From assembly GCA_037447115.1 (NCBI GenBank), contig JBBIHH010000004.1, positions 71,060 through 135,059 of the forward strand: DNA of 64,000 nt, given 5' to 3'. The stretch's first letter is position 1. Every line of letters begins with the position of its first letter. The translations under genes were made by a program, and so were the position numbers. Shown one piece after another: positions 1-10,420 of the stretch. The DNA is from Acidobacteriota bacterium. GTDB taxonomy: Bacteria; Acidobacteriota; Polarisedimenticolia; Polarisedimenticolales; JBBIHH01. The notes below the pieces were generated by a model. That model was not told the origin of the DNA and made no database searches. It was given only the letters and a program-made list of their open reading frames with translations.

Positions 1-2
1 AC

Positions 3-452
3 GATTTCGAGATCCCCACCGGCACCGAGGGCGACGTCTACGACCGCTACCTGGTGCGCATCGAGGAGATGCGCCAGTCGGCGCGCATCCTGGACCAGGC
101 GATCCGGAACATTCCCGACGGCCCGGTGCACATCGACGATCCGAAGATCTTCATCCCTCCCAAGAAGCGCGTGCTCACGAGCATGGAGGAGCTGATCCAG
201 CAGTTCATGCTGATCACGGAAGGTTTCGAGTGCCCGGCGGGCGAAGTGTATCACTCCACGGAGGTGCCCAAGGGAGAACTCGGCTTTTACATCGTCTCCA
301 CGGGCGGCCGCAGCCCCTACCGGCTGCGCATTCGCTCGCCCAGCTTCAACAACCTCTCGACGTTGCCCAGGCTCGTCGAGGGGGGTCTCGTGGCGGACGT
401 GATCGCCAACATCGCGAGCCTCGATCCGGTGATGGGCGAGGTGGACCGGTAG
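3..452 (+). CDS. nuoD: NADH-quinone oxidoreductase subunit D, C-terminal part (5' end lies outside the window)
   Basis: The frame is open from the window edge. DFEIPTGTEGDVYDRYLVRIEEMRQS and the ...IANIASLDPVMGEVDR terminus match the conserved NuoD/Nqo4 C-terminus. nuoE follows directly. Confidence 0.9.
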   Translation, partial: DFEIPTGTEGDVYDRYLVRIEEMRQSARILDQAIRNIPDGPVHIDDPKIFIPPKKRVLTSMEELIQQFMLITEGFECPAGEVYHSTEVPKGELGFYIVSTGGRSPYRLRIRSPSFNNLSTLPRLVEGGLVADVIANIASLDPVMGEVDR

Positions 453-455
453 GGC

Positions 456-920
456 ATGTTCGGACCCGAGTTCGAGAAAAAGGTGGACGAGATCGTCGCG
501 CGCTACCCGCAGCCCAAGGCGGCCCTGATCCCGGTGTTGTGGGAGGTGCAGCGGCGCCAGGGCTGGGTGGACCTCGAGGCCGAAGCCTGGGTGGCGCGGC
601 GGCTGGGGGTGAGCCCGGCGCACGTCCACGGCTGCGTGACCTTCTACACCATGTTCAAGCGGCGCCCCGCGGCGCGTTACCACGTCCAGGTGTGCACGAA
701 CGTGTCCTGCATGTTGCGCGGGGCCGACGAGTTGCTGGCGCACCTGGAGCGCCGGTTCGGAATCCGCGCCGGGGAGGTCACCCCGGACGGGAGGTTCTCG
801 CTGGAGCGGGTGCAGTGCCTGGGCTCCTGCGGCACGGCGCCGATGTTCCAGCTCAACGACGACTATCACGAGAACCTCACGCTCGAGAAGGCGGACGCCC
901 TGCTGGACCGACTGCCGTGA
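456..920 (+). CDS. nuoE: NADH-quinone oxidoreductase subunit E (thioredoxin-like 2Fe-2S subunit)
   Basis: 154 aa. Carries the VTFYTMF, VCTNVSC and CLGSCGTAPM cysteine pattern typical of NuoE. Sits between nuoD and nuoF. Confidence 0.9.
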   Translation: MFGPEFEKKVDEIVARYPQPKAALIPVLWEVQRRQGWVDLEAEAWVARRLGVSPAHVHGCVTFYTMFKRRPAARYHVQVCTNVSCMLRGADELLAHLERRFGIRAGEVTPDGRFSLERVQCLGSCGTAPMFQLNDDYHENLTLEKADALLDRLP

Positions 921-1042
921 AGGGGACCGGCGTGGCCGCAGCGGACGGACGGGGGGCGGCCGCCCGGACGCCCGGGGTGGGGTGGAAAGCGGTTCGCGTG
1001 CCAGCCGCCGCCCGCGGGGTGGCGCGCGAGGGTCGCTGAGCG

Positions 1043-2305
1043 ATGGAAAGAGTCCTGACGCGCAACGTCGGCAAGGAGAACTCGCAGTCCGTCGAGGTGT
1101 ACGAGGCCGGCGGCGGTTACCAGGCGCTGCGCAAGGCGCTGCGCATGGACCCGGACGCAATCCAGGAAGAGGTCAAGCGCTCGGGCCTGCGCGGCCGGGG
1201 CGGGGCGGGCTTCCCGACGGGGCTCAAGTTCTCCTTCATGCCCAAGCAGTCGGACAAGCCCATGTACCTCGTCTGCAACGCGGACGAGTCGGAGCCGGGC
1301 ACCTTCAAGGACCGGCTGTTGATGGAGCACGATCCGCACCTGGTCCTCGAGGGTTGCCTCGTGTCGGCTTATGCCATCCGCGCCTCCGTGTGCTTCATCT
1401 ATATCCGCGGCGAGTTCGCCTACGCCGCCCGCGTGCTGGAGCGGGCGATCGCCGAGGCTTACGCCCGCGGCTACGCCGGCAAGAACATTCTCGGCAGCGG
1501 CTATTCCTGCGAGTTGGTGCTGCACCGCGGGGCGGGCGCCTACATCTGCGGCGAGGAGACGGGGCTCCTGTCGTCCCTCGAGGGCAACCGCGGTTACCCG
1601 CGCCTCAAGCCTCCCTTCCCCGCGCAGTCGGGGCTCTGGGGCTGCCCGACGACGGTCAACAATGTCGAGACCCTGGCGTGCGTCCCCTTCATCGTCGAGC
1701 GCGGCGCGGATTGGTTTCTCTCGATCGGCAAGCCACCGAAGAATACGGGGCCCAAGCTCTACTGCCTGAGCGGCCACGTCAAGCGGCCCGGGGTCTACGA
1801 GGCCCCGATGGGACTGCCGCTGGTGGAGCTGATCTACGAGCTGGGGGGCGGCATGCTTCGCGACGACCGCCCGCTCAAGGCGGTCATCCCGGGCGGCTCG
1901 TCGGTGCCCGTCCTGCGGGCCGACGAGTGCGAGGTGGACCTCGACTTCGATTCCCTCGCCGCCAAGGGCACGCTCCTCGGTTCGGCGGGCGTGATCGTCA
2001 TGGACAGCTCGACGTGCATGGTCAAGACGCTCGAGCGCATCGAGCATTTCTACGCCCACGAGTCGTGCGGACAGTGCACGCCGTGCCGCATGGGCTGCGG
2101 CTGGCTCGAGCGCATCTTGAGCCGCATCGAGCGGGGCGAGGGGCGGCCCGAGGACTTGGACCTCCTCTACGACGTGGCGGACAACATCGAGGGCAAGACG
2201 ATCTGCGCGCTGGGAGACGCGGCGGCGTGGCCCGCCAAGTCGTTCGTCACCAAGTTCCGCGAGGAGTTCCGGTACCATATCGACCATCGCCGGTGCATGG
2301 TGTGA
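1043..2305 (+). CDS. nuoF: NADH-quinone oxidoreductase subunit F (FMN/NADH-binding)
   Basis: 420 aa. Has the GLRGRGGAGFPTG and GAGAYICGEET motifs and the ESCGQCTPCR 4Fe-4S motif. Confidence 0.95.
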   Translation: MERVLTRNVGKENSQSVEVYEAGGGYQALRKALRMDPDAIQEEVKRSGLRGRGGAGFPTGLKFSFMPKQSDKPMYLVCNADESEPGTFKDRLLMEHDPHLVLEGCLVSAYAIRASVCFIYIRGEFAYAARVLERAIAEAYARGYAGKNILGSGYSCELVLHRGAGAYICGEETGLLSSLEGNRGYPRLKPPFPAQSGLWGCPTTVNNVETLACVPFIVERGADWFLSIGKPPKNTGPKLYCLSGHVKRPGVYEAPMGLPLVELIYELGGGMLRDDRPLKAVIPGGSSVPVLRADECEVDLDFDSLAAKGTLLGSAGVIVMDSSTCMVKTLERIEHFYAHESCGQCTPCRMGCGWLERILSRIERGEGRPEDLDLLYDVADNIEGKTICALGDAAAWPAKSFVTKFREEFRYHIDHRRCMV

Positions 2306-2306
2306 G

Positions 2307-3917
2307 ATGGCCAAGATCGTCGTAGACGGGCGCGAGCTCGAGGTCGAGGACGGGCAGACGATCCTCCAGGCGCTTCTCTCGGTCGGCCACGAGATCCCGC
2401 ACTACTGTTACCACCCGGGCCTTTCGATCGCCGGCAACTGCCGCATGTGCCTGGTGGAGGTGGAGAAGGCGCCCAAGCTCGTGATTTCCTGCTACCAGCC
2501 GGTGCAGGACGGGATGGTGATCCACACCGACAACGAGAAGGTGCGCAAGGCTCGGGAAGCGGTGATGGAGTTTTTGCTGATCCACCACCCCCTGGATTGC
2601 CCGATCTGCGACCAGGCCGGCGAGTGCCGGCTGCAGGAGTACGCCTTCGCCTACGGGCGCGGCAAGAGCCGCTACATCGAGCCCAAGGTCATCGCGGACA
2701 AGGCCGTGCCCATCGGACCTCACGTGCTGCTCGACCAGGAGCGCTGCATCCACTGCAGCCGCTGCGTGCGCTTTTGCGACGAGGTCACGGGGACGAGCGA
2801 GCTGGCCTTCTTCCAGCGCGGCGATCGCACGGTCATCGGCGTCTATCCGCAGCGGCCGTTGGACAACCCCTACTCGGGCAACGTGGTGGATCTCTGCCCC
2901 GTCGGTGCGCTGACCTTGCGCGAGTTCCGCTTCAAGACGCGCGTGTGGTACCTGAAGCACACGGCCACGGTGTGCGTGGCCTGCGCGCGGGGCTGCAACG
3001 TCGTCGTCGGCATCGGCCGGCAGCGGGAGCTGATGACGACGCCGGGGCAGCTCGACGAAAGGATCAAGCGCATCGTCCCGCGCTTCAACGAGGAGGTCAA
3101 CCAGCACTGGATCTGCGACGAGGGGCGGTTGAGCTACCAGCGCCTCTACGCCTCGGAGCGTCTGCGCTGGGCGGAGGCGCCGGCAGGCCAGCGCGCAGGG
3201 TGGGAGGAGGCGGTGCGCGTGGCGGCGGCGCACCTGGCCCAGGCCGCCTGCGCGGGAAGCCTCGGTGCCGTCGTCTCGCCGCGGTTGACCTCGGAGGACA
3301 TGCTGGCGTGGCGGCTGTTGCTCGAGGGACTCGGGGGGGTGCGCATCGGCGTGCGGCGGCTCTCGCGGGGCGAGGATGACCGGTTGCTGATCCGCGCCGA
3401 CAAAGGCGGCAACAGCAAGGGCGCCGAGTGGATCTTCGGGGCGGAGGCCGGCGAGGCCCAGATTTTGAACGCCATTGAGGCTCGTCAGGTGCGCACGCTG
3501 CTCGTCGTGGGCGACCCGCTCGACGGGTCGGACACCTTCGCGTTGCCGGAGGCTCTTGCCGGGCGGGTGGAGCAGGTCGTCTACGCCGGGCCGTTCCGGG
3601 CTGCGGTGGCCGAACGGGCGGCGGTGTGCCTGCCCACGGCCGCCTGGTCCGAGGAGGACGGGACGACGGTGAACTTCGAGGGGCGCATCCAGCGCCTCGC
3701 GCGCTGTCACCTGCCGCACGGGGAGGGGCGCCCCGGCTGGCGCGTCGTGCGGGACCTGGCCGAGGCCGCGGGCGTCGGCCTGCCCGCGTGGACCCGGACC
3801 GAGGACGTGCTGGCGAGTCTGGCCGAACGCGTGCCCGCCTACGAGGGGCTCGACTGGGATTCGATCGGCTGGCTGGGGGTGCCGGGCGGCACGGGTGCCG
3901 GCGCCCGCGTGGGCTGA
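2307..3917 (+). CDS. nuoG: NADH-quinone oxidoreductase subunit G (short form)
   Basis: 536 aa. N-terminal 2Fe-2S ferredoxin-like region (CYHPGLSIAGNCRMCLVEV), then HPLDCPICDQAGEC, CIHCSRCVRFC and CPVGAL cluster motifs. Confidence 0.9.
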   Translation: MAKIVVDGRELEVEDGQTILQALLSVGHEIPHYCYHPGLSIAGNCRMCLVEVEKAPKLVISCYQPVQDGMVIHTDNEKVRKAREAVMEFLLIHHPLDCPICDQAGECRLQEYAFAYGRGKSRYIEPKVIADKAVPIGPHVLLDQERCIHCSRCVRFCDEVTGTSELAFFQRGDRTVIGVYPQRPLDNPYSGNVVDLCPVGALTLREFRFKTRVWYLKHTATVCVACARGCNVVVGIGRQRELMTTPGQLDERIKRIVPRFNEEVNQHWICDEGRLSYQRLYASERLRWAEAPAGQRAGWEEAVRVAAAHLAQAACAGSLGAVVSPRLTSEDMLAWRLLLEGLGGVRIGVRRLSRGEDDRLLIRADKGGNSKGAEWIFGAEAGEAQILNAIEARQVRTLLVVGDPLDGSDTFALPEALAGRVEQVVYAGPFRAAVAERAAVCLPTAAWSEEDGTTVNFEGRIQRLARCHLPHGEGRPGWRVVRDLAEAAGVGLPAWTRTEDVLASLAERVPAYEGLDWDSIGWLGVPGGTGAGARVG

Positions 3918-3935
3918 GGCCGAATCGAGAGGGCC

Positions 3936-4976
3936 ATGAGCGGTTGGGACACCTTCGACCTCGCGGCGACGCTCGTGAAGGTGGTCGTCGTCGTCATGGG
4001 GCTGCAGGGCCTGGTGGCGGCGATGGTCTGGGTCGAGCGGAGGGTGTCGGCGTGGATGCAGTTCCGCTACGGCCCGAATCGCGTGGGACCCTTCGGCCTC
4101 CTGCAGCCCATCGCCGACGCGATCAAGTTCATCTTCAAGGAAGAGGTCGTCCCGGCCAACGCCCACGGACCGACGTACGTCCTGGCCCCTTGCGTGGCGC
4201 TGGTCACGGCGCTGACGGCCTTTGCCGTGATCCCTTTCGGTCCCACGATCGAGATCTTCGGCCGGCAGGTGCCGCTCGTGATCGCGGACGTGGATGGCGG
4301 GATCCTGCTCGCGCTCGCCGCCGGATCGCTCGGGGTCTATGCCATCGTCATGGCGGGCTGGTCCTCCCGCAGCAAGTACTCGCTGATGGGGGGACTGCGG
4401 TCCTCGGCGCAGATGATCTCCTACGAGCTGGCGCTAGCGCTATCGCTGATGGGGGTGCTCCTGGTGAGCGGCACGCTGCGGCCGACCGAGATCGTGGAGC
4501 AGCAGGCGGGTTGGTTCTGGAACTGGAACGTGTTCGCCGGAGGCTGGCAACTGCTGGGCTTTCTGATCTTCGTCATCGCCAGCTTCGCCGAGACGAACCG
4601 GTTGCCCTTCGATCTTCCCGAGGCGGAAAGCGAGCTCGTGGCGGGCTACCACACGGAGTACTCGGCGATGAAGTTCGCCATGTTTTTCATGGCCGAGTAC
4701 ATCAACATGACCACGGGTTCGGCCCTGGCGGTGACGCTTTTTCTCGGGGGCTGGCAGCTGGGCTTCCCGGTGCCGTGGACGGGCTGGCCGCTGTGGATCC
4801 TGCAGCTGCTCGCCTTCGCCGCCAAGGTGGGTTCGTTCCTGTTCCTTTTTGTCTGGGTGCGCTGGACGCTGCCGCGATTCCGCTACGATCAGTTGATGAA
4901 CCTCGGCTGGAAGGGGCTCCTGCCGCTGGGGCTGGCGAACGTGGTGTTCACGGCGCTGCTCGTGCTCTATCGCTGA
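3936..4976 (+). CDS. nuoH: NADH-quinone oxidoreductase subunit H
   Basis: 346 aa polytopic membrane protein. Carries the ND1/NuoH signature [26 protein letters not shown]. Confidence 0.95.
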   Translation: MSGWDTFDLAATLVKVVVVVMGLQGLVAAMVWVERRVSAWMQFRYGPNRVGPFGLLQPIADAIKFIFKEEVVPANAHGPTYVLAPCVALVTALTAFAVIPFGPTIEIFGRQVPLVIADVDGGILLALAAGSLGVYAIVMAGWSSRSKYSLMGGLRSSAQMISYELALALSLMGVLLVSGTLRPTEIVEQQAGWFWNWNVFAGGWQLLGFLIFVIASFAETNRLPFDLPEAESELVAGYHTEYSAMKFAMFFMAEYINMTTGSALAVTLFLGGWQLGFPVPWTGWPLWILQLLAFAAKVGSFLFLFVWVRWTLPRFRYDQLMNLGWKGLLPLGLANVVFTALLVLYR

Positions 4977-4992
4977 GAGGCAAAGCGCGAAA

Positions 4993-5487
4993 ATGGAGAC
5001 GCTGGCGTTCTTCGTGCTCTCGGTGCTCGCGGTGGCCGCAGCGCTCGTCGTGCTCACGCACCGCAACGAGGTGATCTGCGCCCTGGGGCTCGCTTTCAAT
5101 CTCGTGGCGCTCGCGGGGTTCTACTTTCTGCTCGGGGCGCAGTTCATCGGATTGCTGCAGCTCATCGTCTACGCCGGCGCGATCATGGTGCTGATCCTGT
5201 TCGTGGTGATGCTCCTCAACCTGGGGGAGGAGCGCTACCCCCGGCGGCGGCAGTGGATCCATCCCTGGCTCGCTCCCGTGGCGACGCTTGTCTTCGCCGG
5301 TGTGCTCGGCGGCGTGCTGTGGCAGGTGGAGTTGGAACCGCTACCCGCGTCGGATCCTGCCTTCGGCACCGTCGAGCAGGTCGGGCTCGATCTTTTCGGC
5401 CGCTATTTCTATCCCTTCGAGGTGATTTCGCTGCTCCTGATCGTGGCGATGGTGGGCGCGGTCGTCATGGCGAAACGGAGGCTTTGA
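4993..5487 (+). CDS. nuoJ: NADH-quinone oxidoreductase subunit J
   Basis: 164 aa hydrophobic protein. Contains LGAQFIGLLQLIVYAGAIMVLILFVVML, typical of NuoJ/ND6. Starts 16 nt after the nuoH stop. Confidence 0.85.
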   Translation: METLAFFVLSVLAVAAALVVLTHRNEVICALGLAFNLVALAGFYFLLGAQFIGLLQLIVYAGAIMVLILFVVMLLNLGEERYPRRRQWIHPWLAPVATLVFAGVLGGVLWQVELEPLPASDPAFGTVEQVGLDLFGRYFYPFEVISLLLIVAMVGAVVMAKRRL

Positions 5488-5488
5488 C

Positions 5489-5788
5489 GTGGATCCGCGC
5501 ATGTACCTCCTCGTCTCCTCGGTGCTGTTCTCCCTCGGGGTGCTCAGCGTGTTGCTGCGGCGAGGCGCGATCGTGATCCTGATGGGTGTGGAGCTCATGC
5601 TCAACGCGGCGAATCTGGCCTTTCTCACGTTCGCGCGCATCCAGGGCACGGCGGAGGGGCAGATCTACGTGTTCTTCGTGATGACGCTCGCCGCCGCGGA
5701 GGCCGCAGTGGGCTTGGCGATTGTGATCGCCATCTTCCGCCTGCGGGAGACGACGGACGTGGACGAAGTCAGCCTGATGAAGTGGTGA
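5489..5788 (+). CDS. nuoK: NADH-quinone oxidoreductase subunit K
   Basis: 99 aa with three TM segments. [14 protein letters not shown] and [12 protein letters not shown] are typical of NuoK/ND4L. GTG start 1 nt after the nuoJ stop. Confidence 0.9.
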   Translation: MDPRMYLLVSSVLFSLGVLSVLLRRGAIVILMGVELMLNAANLAFLTFARIQGTAEGQIYVFFVMTLAAAEAAVGLAIVIAIFRLRETTDVDEVSLMKW

Positions 5789-5792
5789 GGCG

Positions 5793-7760
5793 ATGCTCGA
5801 GCGCTTGTGGCTCATTCCGGCGCTGCCGCTGATCGGCGTGCTGGGGAACATGTTCTTCGGCTCGCGCATGTCGCGCCGGGCGGTGGGCTGGCTCGGGTGC
5901 GGGGTCGTCTTCGTCTCGTTCGTGCTGTCGGGCTGGGCGGTGGCGGAGCTGGCGCGGCTTCCCGAGGAGGCTCGGCTGGCGGTCACCGAGGTGGGCGCCT
6001 GGATGCCCTTCGCGACGCTCGGGGAGAACTCGCCCCTCGACGTGCGCTGGAGTTTCGCCCTCGACCCGCTGTCTGCCCTGATGATCCTGGTCGTCACGGG
6101 CGTAGGCTTCCTGATCCACGTCTACAGCCTCGGCTACATGGCCCACGAAGAGGGTTTCGCGCGGTTCTTCGTCTACCTCAACCTCTTCATGACGATGATG
6201 CTGACCCTCGTGCTGGCCGGCAACTTGCTCGTGATGTTCGTCGGCTGGGAAGGGGTCGGTCTGTGCTCCTACCTTTTGATCGGCTTTTTCTACGACCGGC
6301 CCTTCGACGAGCGCACGGGGATGAGCTGCGCCGACGCGGGGCGCAAGGCGTTCGTTGTCAACCGCATCGGCGACTACGCCTTCCTGCTGGGGATGCTCTA
6401 TCTGGCCGCGACCTTCGGCACGCTGGAGTTTTCGGAGATCGGCGAAGCCGTCGCGGCTTCCGGCGACGCGACCCACGCCCTGCTCGTGGGGGTGGGGCTG
6501 CTGCTCTTCTTCGGGGCCTGCGGCAAGTCGGCGCAGATCCCGCTCTATGTCTGGCTTCCCGACGCGATGGCAGGCCCCACGCCGGTGTCGGCCCTGATTC
6601 ACGCCGCGACGATGGTCACGGCGGGCGTCTACATGGTCTGCCGCATGAGCGCCCTCTATAGCGCGGCCCCGGAAGCGATGGGCGTGGTGGCGACGGTGGG
6701 CGCGCTCACGGCGCTGTTTGCCGCGACGATGGGCGTGACGGCCACCGACATCAAGAAGGTGCTGGCCTACTCCACGGTGAGCCAGCTCGGCTACATGTTC
6801 GCGGCGGCGGGGGTCGGGGCCTACGCGGCCGCCATGTTCCACCTGACGACCCACGCGTTCTTCAAAGCGCTGCTGTTTCTCGGGGCCGGTGCGGTGATCC
6901 ACGCCATGGGGGGCGTGCAGGACGTCCGCCGCATGGGGGCGCTACGGAACAAGCTCCCGACGACGCACGCGACGTTCGTCGTGGCCGCGCTGGCGATCGC
7001 GGGGGTCGTGCCCTTCGCCGGGTTCTTCTCCAAGGACGAGATCCTGTGGGGTGCCTGGTCGGCGGGGGAACGGCTCCTCTGGGGCGTGCTGCTCGTCGCC
7101 GCGGCGCTGACCGCGTTCTACATCTTCCGTCTGGTTTCCCTGGTTTTCTGGGGCCGCTGGCGCGGCAGTGCCGGAGCCTGGGAGCACGCCCACGAGGCGC
7201 CGCCCGCGATGGTCTGGCCGCTCGTCGTTCTCGCGGTGCTCTCGGCGGTCGGCGGCTGGATCCATATTCCCGAGGTCCTGAGCTTCGGCCGGGACTGGGC
7301 ATGGCTGCACCACTGGCTCGCCCCCGTCTTCGCCGGCGGCGGGCACGGCGAGGTCGCGGCCGCCGGGACTTCGGCGAGTGCGGCCGAAGAGCTGGGCTTG
7401 ATGGCCCTGGCCCTGGGGGTGGCGATGGCGGGGATCCTGACGGCGGTGGCGATCTACCGGCGCGAGGACTTGCCGGCGCGTCTCGCCGAGCGTTGCGGCT
7501 TGCTCTACCGCGCCGTGCGAAACCTGTACTGGGTGGACGAGCTGTACGACGCGGTCATCGTGCGCCCGTTCTACCGGGCGAGCCGTTTCTGCGGTGCCTT
7601 CGACCGCTGGGTCGTGGACGGCACGGTCAACGCGGCCGGGATCGCGGCGGATCTCGCGGGGCAGGCGATCAAGTTTTTCCAGACGGGGTACGTGCGCAAC
7701 TACGCGCTGCTGTTCCTGCTGGGGGTGGTGCTGATCCTCGGCTATCTGGCGAGTCTCTGA
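5793..7760 (+). CDS. nuoL: NADH-quinone oxidoreductase subunit L
   Basis: 655 aa antiporter-like subunit. N-terminus [25 protein letters not shown], and a C-terminal extension (lateral-helix region) characteristic of NuoL. Confidence 0.9.
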   Translation: MLERLWLIPALPLIGVLGNMFFGSRMSRRAVGWLGCGVVFVSFVLSGWAVAELARLPEEARLAVTEVGAWMPFATLGENSPLDVRWSFALDPLSALMILVVTGVGFLIHVYSLGYMAHEEGFARFFVYLNLFMTMMLTLVLAGNLLVMFVGWEGVGLCSYLLIGFFYDRPFDERTGMSCADAGRKAFVVNRIGDYAFLLGMLYLAATFGTLEFSEIGEAVAASGDATHALLVGVGLLLFFGACGKSAQIPLYVWLPDAMAGPTPVSALIHAATMVTAGVYMVCRMSALYSAAPEAMGVVATVGALTALFAATMGVTATDIKKVLAYSTVSQLGYMFAAAGVGAYAAAMFHLTTHAFFKALLFLGAGAVIHAMGGVQDVRRMGALRNKLPTTHATFVVAALAIAGVVPFAGFFSKDEILWGAWSAGERLLWGVLLVAAALTAFYIFRLVSLVFWGRWRGSAGAWEHAHEAPPAMVWPLVVLAVLSAVGGWIHIPEVLSFGRDWAWLHHWLAPVFAGGGHGEVAAAGTSASAAEELGLMALALGVAMAGILTAVAIYRREDLPARLAERCGLLYRAVRNLYWVDELYDAVIVRPFYRASRFCGAFDRWVVDGTVNAAGIAADLAGQAIKFFQTGYVRNYALLFLLGVVLILGYLASL

Positions 7761-7761
7761 G

Positions 7762-9225
7762 ATGGTGGACTTTCAGCTGCCCGTCGTGATGCCCATCGTG
7801 GCGCTGGCCGTTTTCGGCCTCTACACCTTGCTGATGGTGCCGTTGTTCCGGGACCGGGCGAGGGTGCTGGCTTTCTTCGCGCTGCTCGGGATCGGATTGG
7901 CGGGCTTGTTCACGTGGAAGCTGTGGGGGGCATGGCGGGGGGTCGGGGCGCTGGAAACCGCACACGGCATGGTGCGGGTCGATGGTTTCGGGTTGCTCGT
8001 TTCGGGCGTGCTGCTGGGCGCCGGGGCGCTGACGGTGTTCGCGTCCGTGCGGTTTCTCCAGCGCGAGGATGCGGATTTCGGAGAGTTCTACGCGTTGCTG
8101 CCACTGGCCCTGGCGGGCATGCTCACCATGGTGAACACGACGCACCTGATGATGGTGCTCATCGGGCTCGAGGTCTTCTCGCTCGCCCTGTACGTGATGA
8201 CAGGGATGACCCGACAGCGTGCCCGCTCCGTCGAGGGGGCGCTCAAGTACTTTTTGCTGGGGGCCTTCGCCTCGGGGTTCTTCGTCTACGGGCTGGCCCT
8301 GCTCTATGGCGCCTGCGGGTCCCTCGACATGCGGGCGGTGGCGGATCAGGCCGTCCGCGCCCCGAGCCCGATGCTGTGGCTGGGGATGGGGTTGGTCCTC
8401 GTGGCCTTCGCCTTCAAGATCGCGGCCGTGCCGTTCCACCACTGGGTGCCGGATGCGTACATGGGGGCGCCGACGAACGTGACGGGCTTCATGGCGGCGG
8501 CGACGAAGACCGCGGCCTTCGCAGCCCTGCTGCGGTTTTTGCCGGGAGCCTTCGGCGAGCAGAGCAGCGTCTGGGTGCCGATCATCACGTGGCTCGCGAT
8601 CCTGACGATGACCGTGGCGAACCTCGTGGCGCTCGCGCAGCGCAACATCAAACGGCTCCTCGCGTTCTCCTCTATCTCGCACGCAGGCTATCTCTTGATC
8701 GCTCTCGTCTGCCGGCCCGAGCGCGCGGTGAGCGCGGTGCTGTACTACCTCGCCGCTTACGCCTTCATGACGATCGGCGCGTTCGCGGTGGCGGCCGCCG
8801 TGGGCCGCGGGGACGCCCGCAGCGAAGAAGGGTACGAGCTGGAGGACTGGGGCGGGCTCGGTTGGCAGCGCCCTGCGTTGAGCGTGGCGATGACGGTCTT
8901 CATGCTCTCGCTCGCGGGCATCCCCCCCACCGCCGGTTTCTTCGGCAAGTACGTCATCTTCCAGGCGGCCATCGAGGCCGAGCGCTACTTGCTCGCCATC
9001 GTGGGCGTGCTGAACGCGGTCATCGGCGCCTATTATTATCTGCGCGTCCTGGTCTACATCTGGATGCGCGAGCCCGAGGAAGAAGCGGTGCCCGCGCCCT
9101 GGTTCGGCGTGACTTTCTCGATGGCGGTCGTGCTGGTCGTGGCGGTGGTGGGCACCCTCTATCTCGGCATCGTCCCCGAGGTGCTGCTGCGCGCCACCCG
9201 TGGCCTCGCCGCCGTGCTTCTCTGA
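7762..9225 (+). CDS. nuoN: NADH-quinone oxidoreductase subunit N
   Basis: 487 aa. EGALKYFLLGAFASGFFVYG, KRLLAFSSISHAGY, GFFGKY and GAYYYLRV resemble Nqo14/NuoN rather than NuoM. Starts 1 nt after the nuoL stop. Confidence 0.85.
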   Translation: MVDFQLPVVMPIVALAVFGLYTLLMVPLFRDRARVLAFFALLGIGLAGLFTWKLWGAWRGVGALETAHGMVRVDGFGLLVSGVLLGAGALTVFASVRFLQREDADFGEFYALLPLALAGMLTMVNTTHLMMVLIGLEVFSLALYVMTGMTRQRARSVEGALKYFLLGAFASGFFVYGLALLYGACGSLDMRAVADQAVRAPSPMLWLGMGLVLVAFAFKIAAVPFHHWVPDAYMGAPTNVTGFMAAATKTAAFAALLRFLPGAFGEQSSVWVPIITWLAILTMTVANLVALAQRNIKRLLAFSSISHAGYLLIALVCRPERAVSAVLYYLAAYAFMTIGAFAVAAAVGRGDARSEEGYELEDWGGLGWQRPALSVAMTVFMLSLAGIPPTAGFFGKYVIFQAAIEAERYLLAIVGVLNAVIGAYYYLRVLVYIWMREPEEEAVPAPWFGVTFSMAVVLVVAVVGTLYLGIVPEVLLRATRGLAAVLL

Positions 9226-9282
9226 GTTCGCGCGCCCGACCGTGCAGCCTTCTCGGGCCGGCGGAGCGGCATCCGTAGGCTT

Positions 9283-9300
9283 GCGCCTCCTGCGAGGCGC
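9283..9300. terminator. GC-rich hairpin between convergent nuoN and the metalloenzyme gene (possible bidirectional terminator; no U-tract)
   Basis: GCGCCTC-CTGC-GAGGCGC forms a 7-bp stem with a 4-nt loop. There is no T-run on either side. Confidence 0.25.
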
Positions 9301-9395
9301 CGTCTCCGGAAGCGGGCGAGCCGTCCGAGAGCGCCGCGGCGCGCGCCGCAGCGGCGACCTGCCGGTCGCCCGCCGATCGCCAAGCTAGCTGGGAG

Positions 9396-10268
9396 TCAGC
9401 GGTCGTCGAGGGCGCGCAGGATGGCGGGTGTCACATCCTCGAGCGAGACGAGCCCCTCCGTGAGTTCCCTGGCGCTCTGGCCATAGGCGAGGCAGGGTAC
9501 GGGGGCCGCGGTGTGGCCGCGAGTGGCGGTGTCCTCCAGGTTGCCGTGGTCCGAAACGACCACCACCGTATGCCGATCCGGATCGATCGTCGCGGCGGTG
9601 GCCTGTACCAGAGCGTCGGCGCGACTGGCCTGCAGGCGCTGTTCCGCGGCGTCACCCCGGTGACCGGCCAGATCGGTCAGGAAATACTCGTAAAGCACGA
9701 GATCGTGTTCTTGCAGCAGCGTTCCCAGGATCTCGGCTGCCTCCCGGGCGCCTCTGTCCGGCACGGGATACCCGCGGCGGCGAAACCACTCCCCCGTGTA
9801 GTCGTGCGGGAGGCACGGCGGCGTGCGCGCACCGTCGAGGATCCGAGGGGCGACACCGGCGGAGAGCACCATCCGCGTCGTCACCGACCAGCGGGGGCGG
9901 CGGCTCTCGAGGTGCGCCCGGGTGTAGGCATTGGCGAAGGTGGGCTCGAGTCGCGCTTCCCGAAGGCGGCGAAACAGGGATTGCCCTCCGAGCACCTCGC
10001 AGAGCCGGGGTCCCGGGATCCCCGTCTGGTGATAGCCGAGCAGCCGGGCGGCGTTCACCCCGGTGAACAGAGTAGTCTGGCCGGTGGCCGACTGCGGAAG
10101 TCCGGGCACCCCGAGCGTCGCGTCCAAACGCGCCAGGTGCCAGCCCCTCGGCGGTCGGGCTCCGGCAAGCACCCGCAGGGGTCCTGAGGCCACCGCGGCG
10201 AAGGGATTGCGGACCGGGTCCGGCTCGCCGACGCCGATCCCGTCGAAGAAGAGCAGCAGGATCGCCAT
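9396..10268 (-). CDS. Alkaline-phosphatase-superfamily metalloenzyme domain protein (iPGM/phosphopentomutase-like)
   Basis: 290 aa. The N-terminal LLFFDGIGVG, the mid GQTTLFTG and the C-terminal VVVSDHGNLED resemble metal-ligand motifs of this superfamily. Substrate unknown. Confidence 0.55.
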   Translation of the reverse strand: MAILLLFFDGIGVGEPDPVRNPFAAVASGPLRVLAGARPPRGWHLARLDATLGVPGLPQSATGQTTLFTGVNAARLLGYHQTGIPGPRLCEVLGGQSLFRRLREARLEPTFANAYTRAHLESRRPRWSVTTRMVLSAGVAPRILDGARTPPCLPHDYTGEWFRRRGYPVPDRGAREAAEILGTLLQEHDLVLYEYFLTDLAGHRGDAAEQRLQASRADALVQATAATIDPDRHTVVVVSDHGNLEDTATRGHTAAPVPCLAYGQSARELTEGLVSLEDVTPAILRALDDR

Positions 10269-10420
10269 GCCCGCAGGATGGTAGCCGCAGGCCAGCGACG
10301 TGGCGAGGACTCGTTGCCCGCCGGGCGCCGCCTGGCCGAGCTGCCCGTGGGGGAGTACTATTAAGGCGGCGTCGCCAGCGCCGAGCTGCCGAAGCTGGCC
10401 CGAGATCCTGCAGCCCGCAT

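Noticed and set aside
866-4166. Long minus-strand ORFs of 482 aa (866-2314) and 639 aa (2247-4166), plus off-frame plus-strand ORFs across nuoE, nuoF and nuoG.
   Set aside because: They lie opposite or out of frame to genes with unmistakable NuoE, NuoF and NuoG motifs, and their composition is low-complexity and Arg-rich.
10269-10420. A promoter for ssrA, for example the TACTATTAAG stretch at about 10356.
   Set aside because: There is no convincing -35/-10 pair with proper spacing, so I could not support a call by eye.
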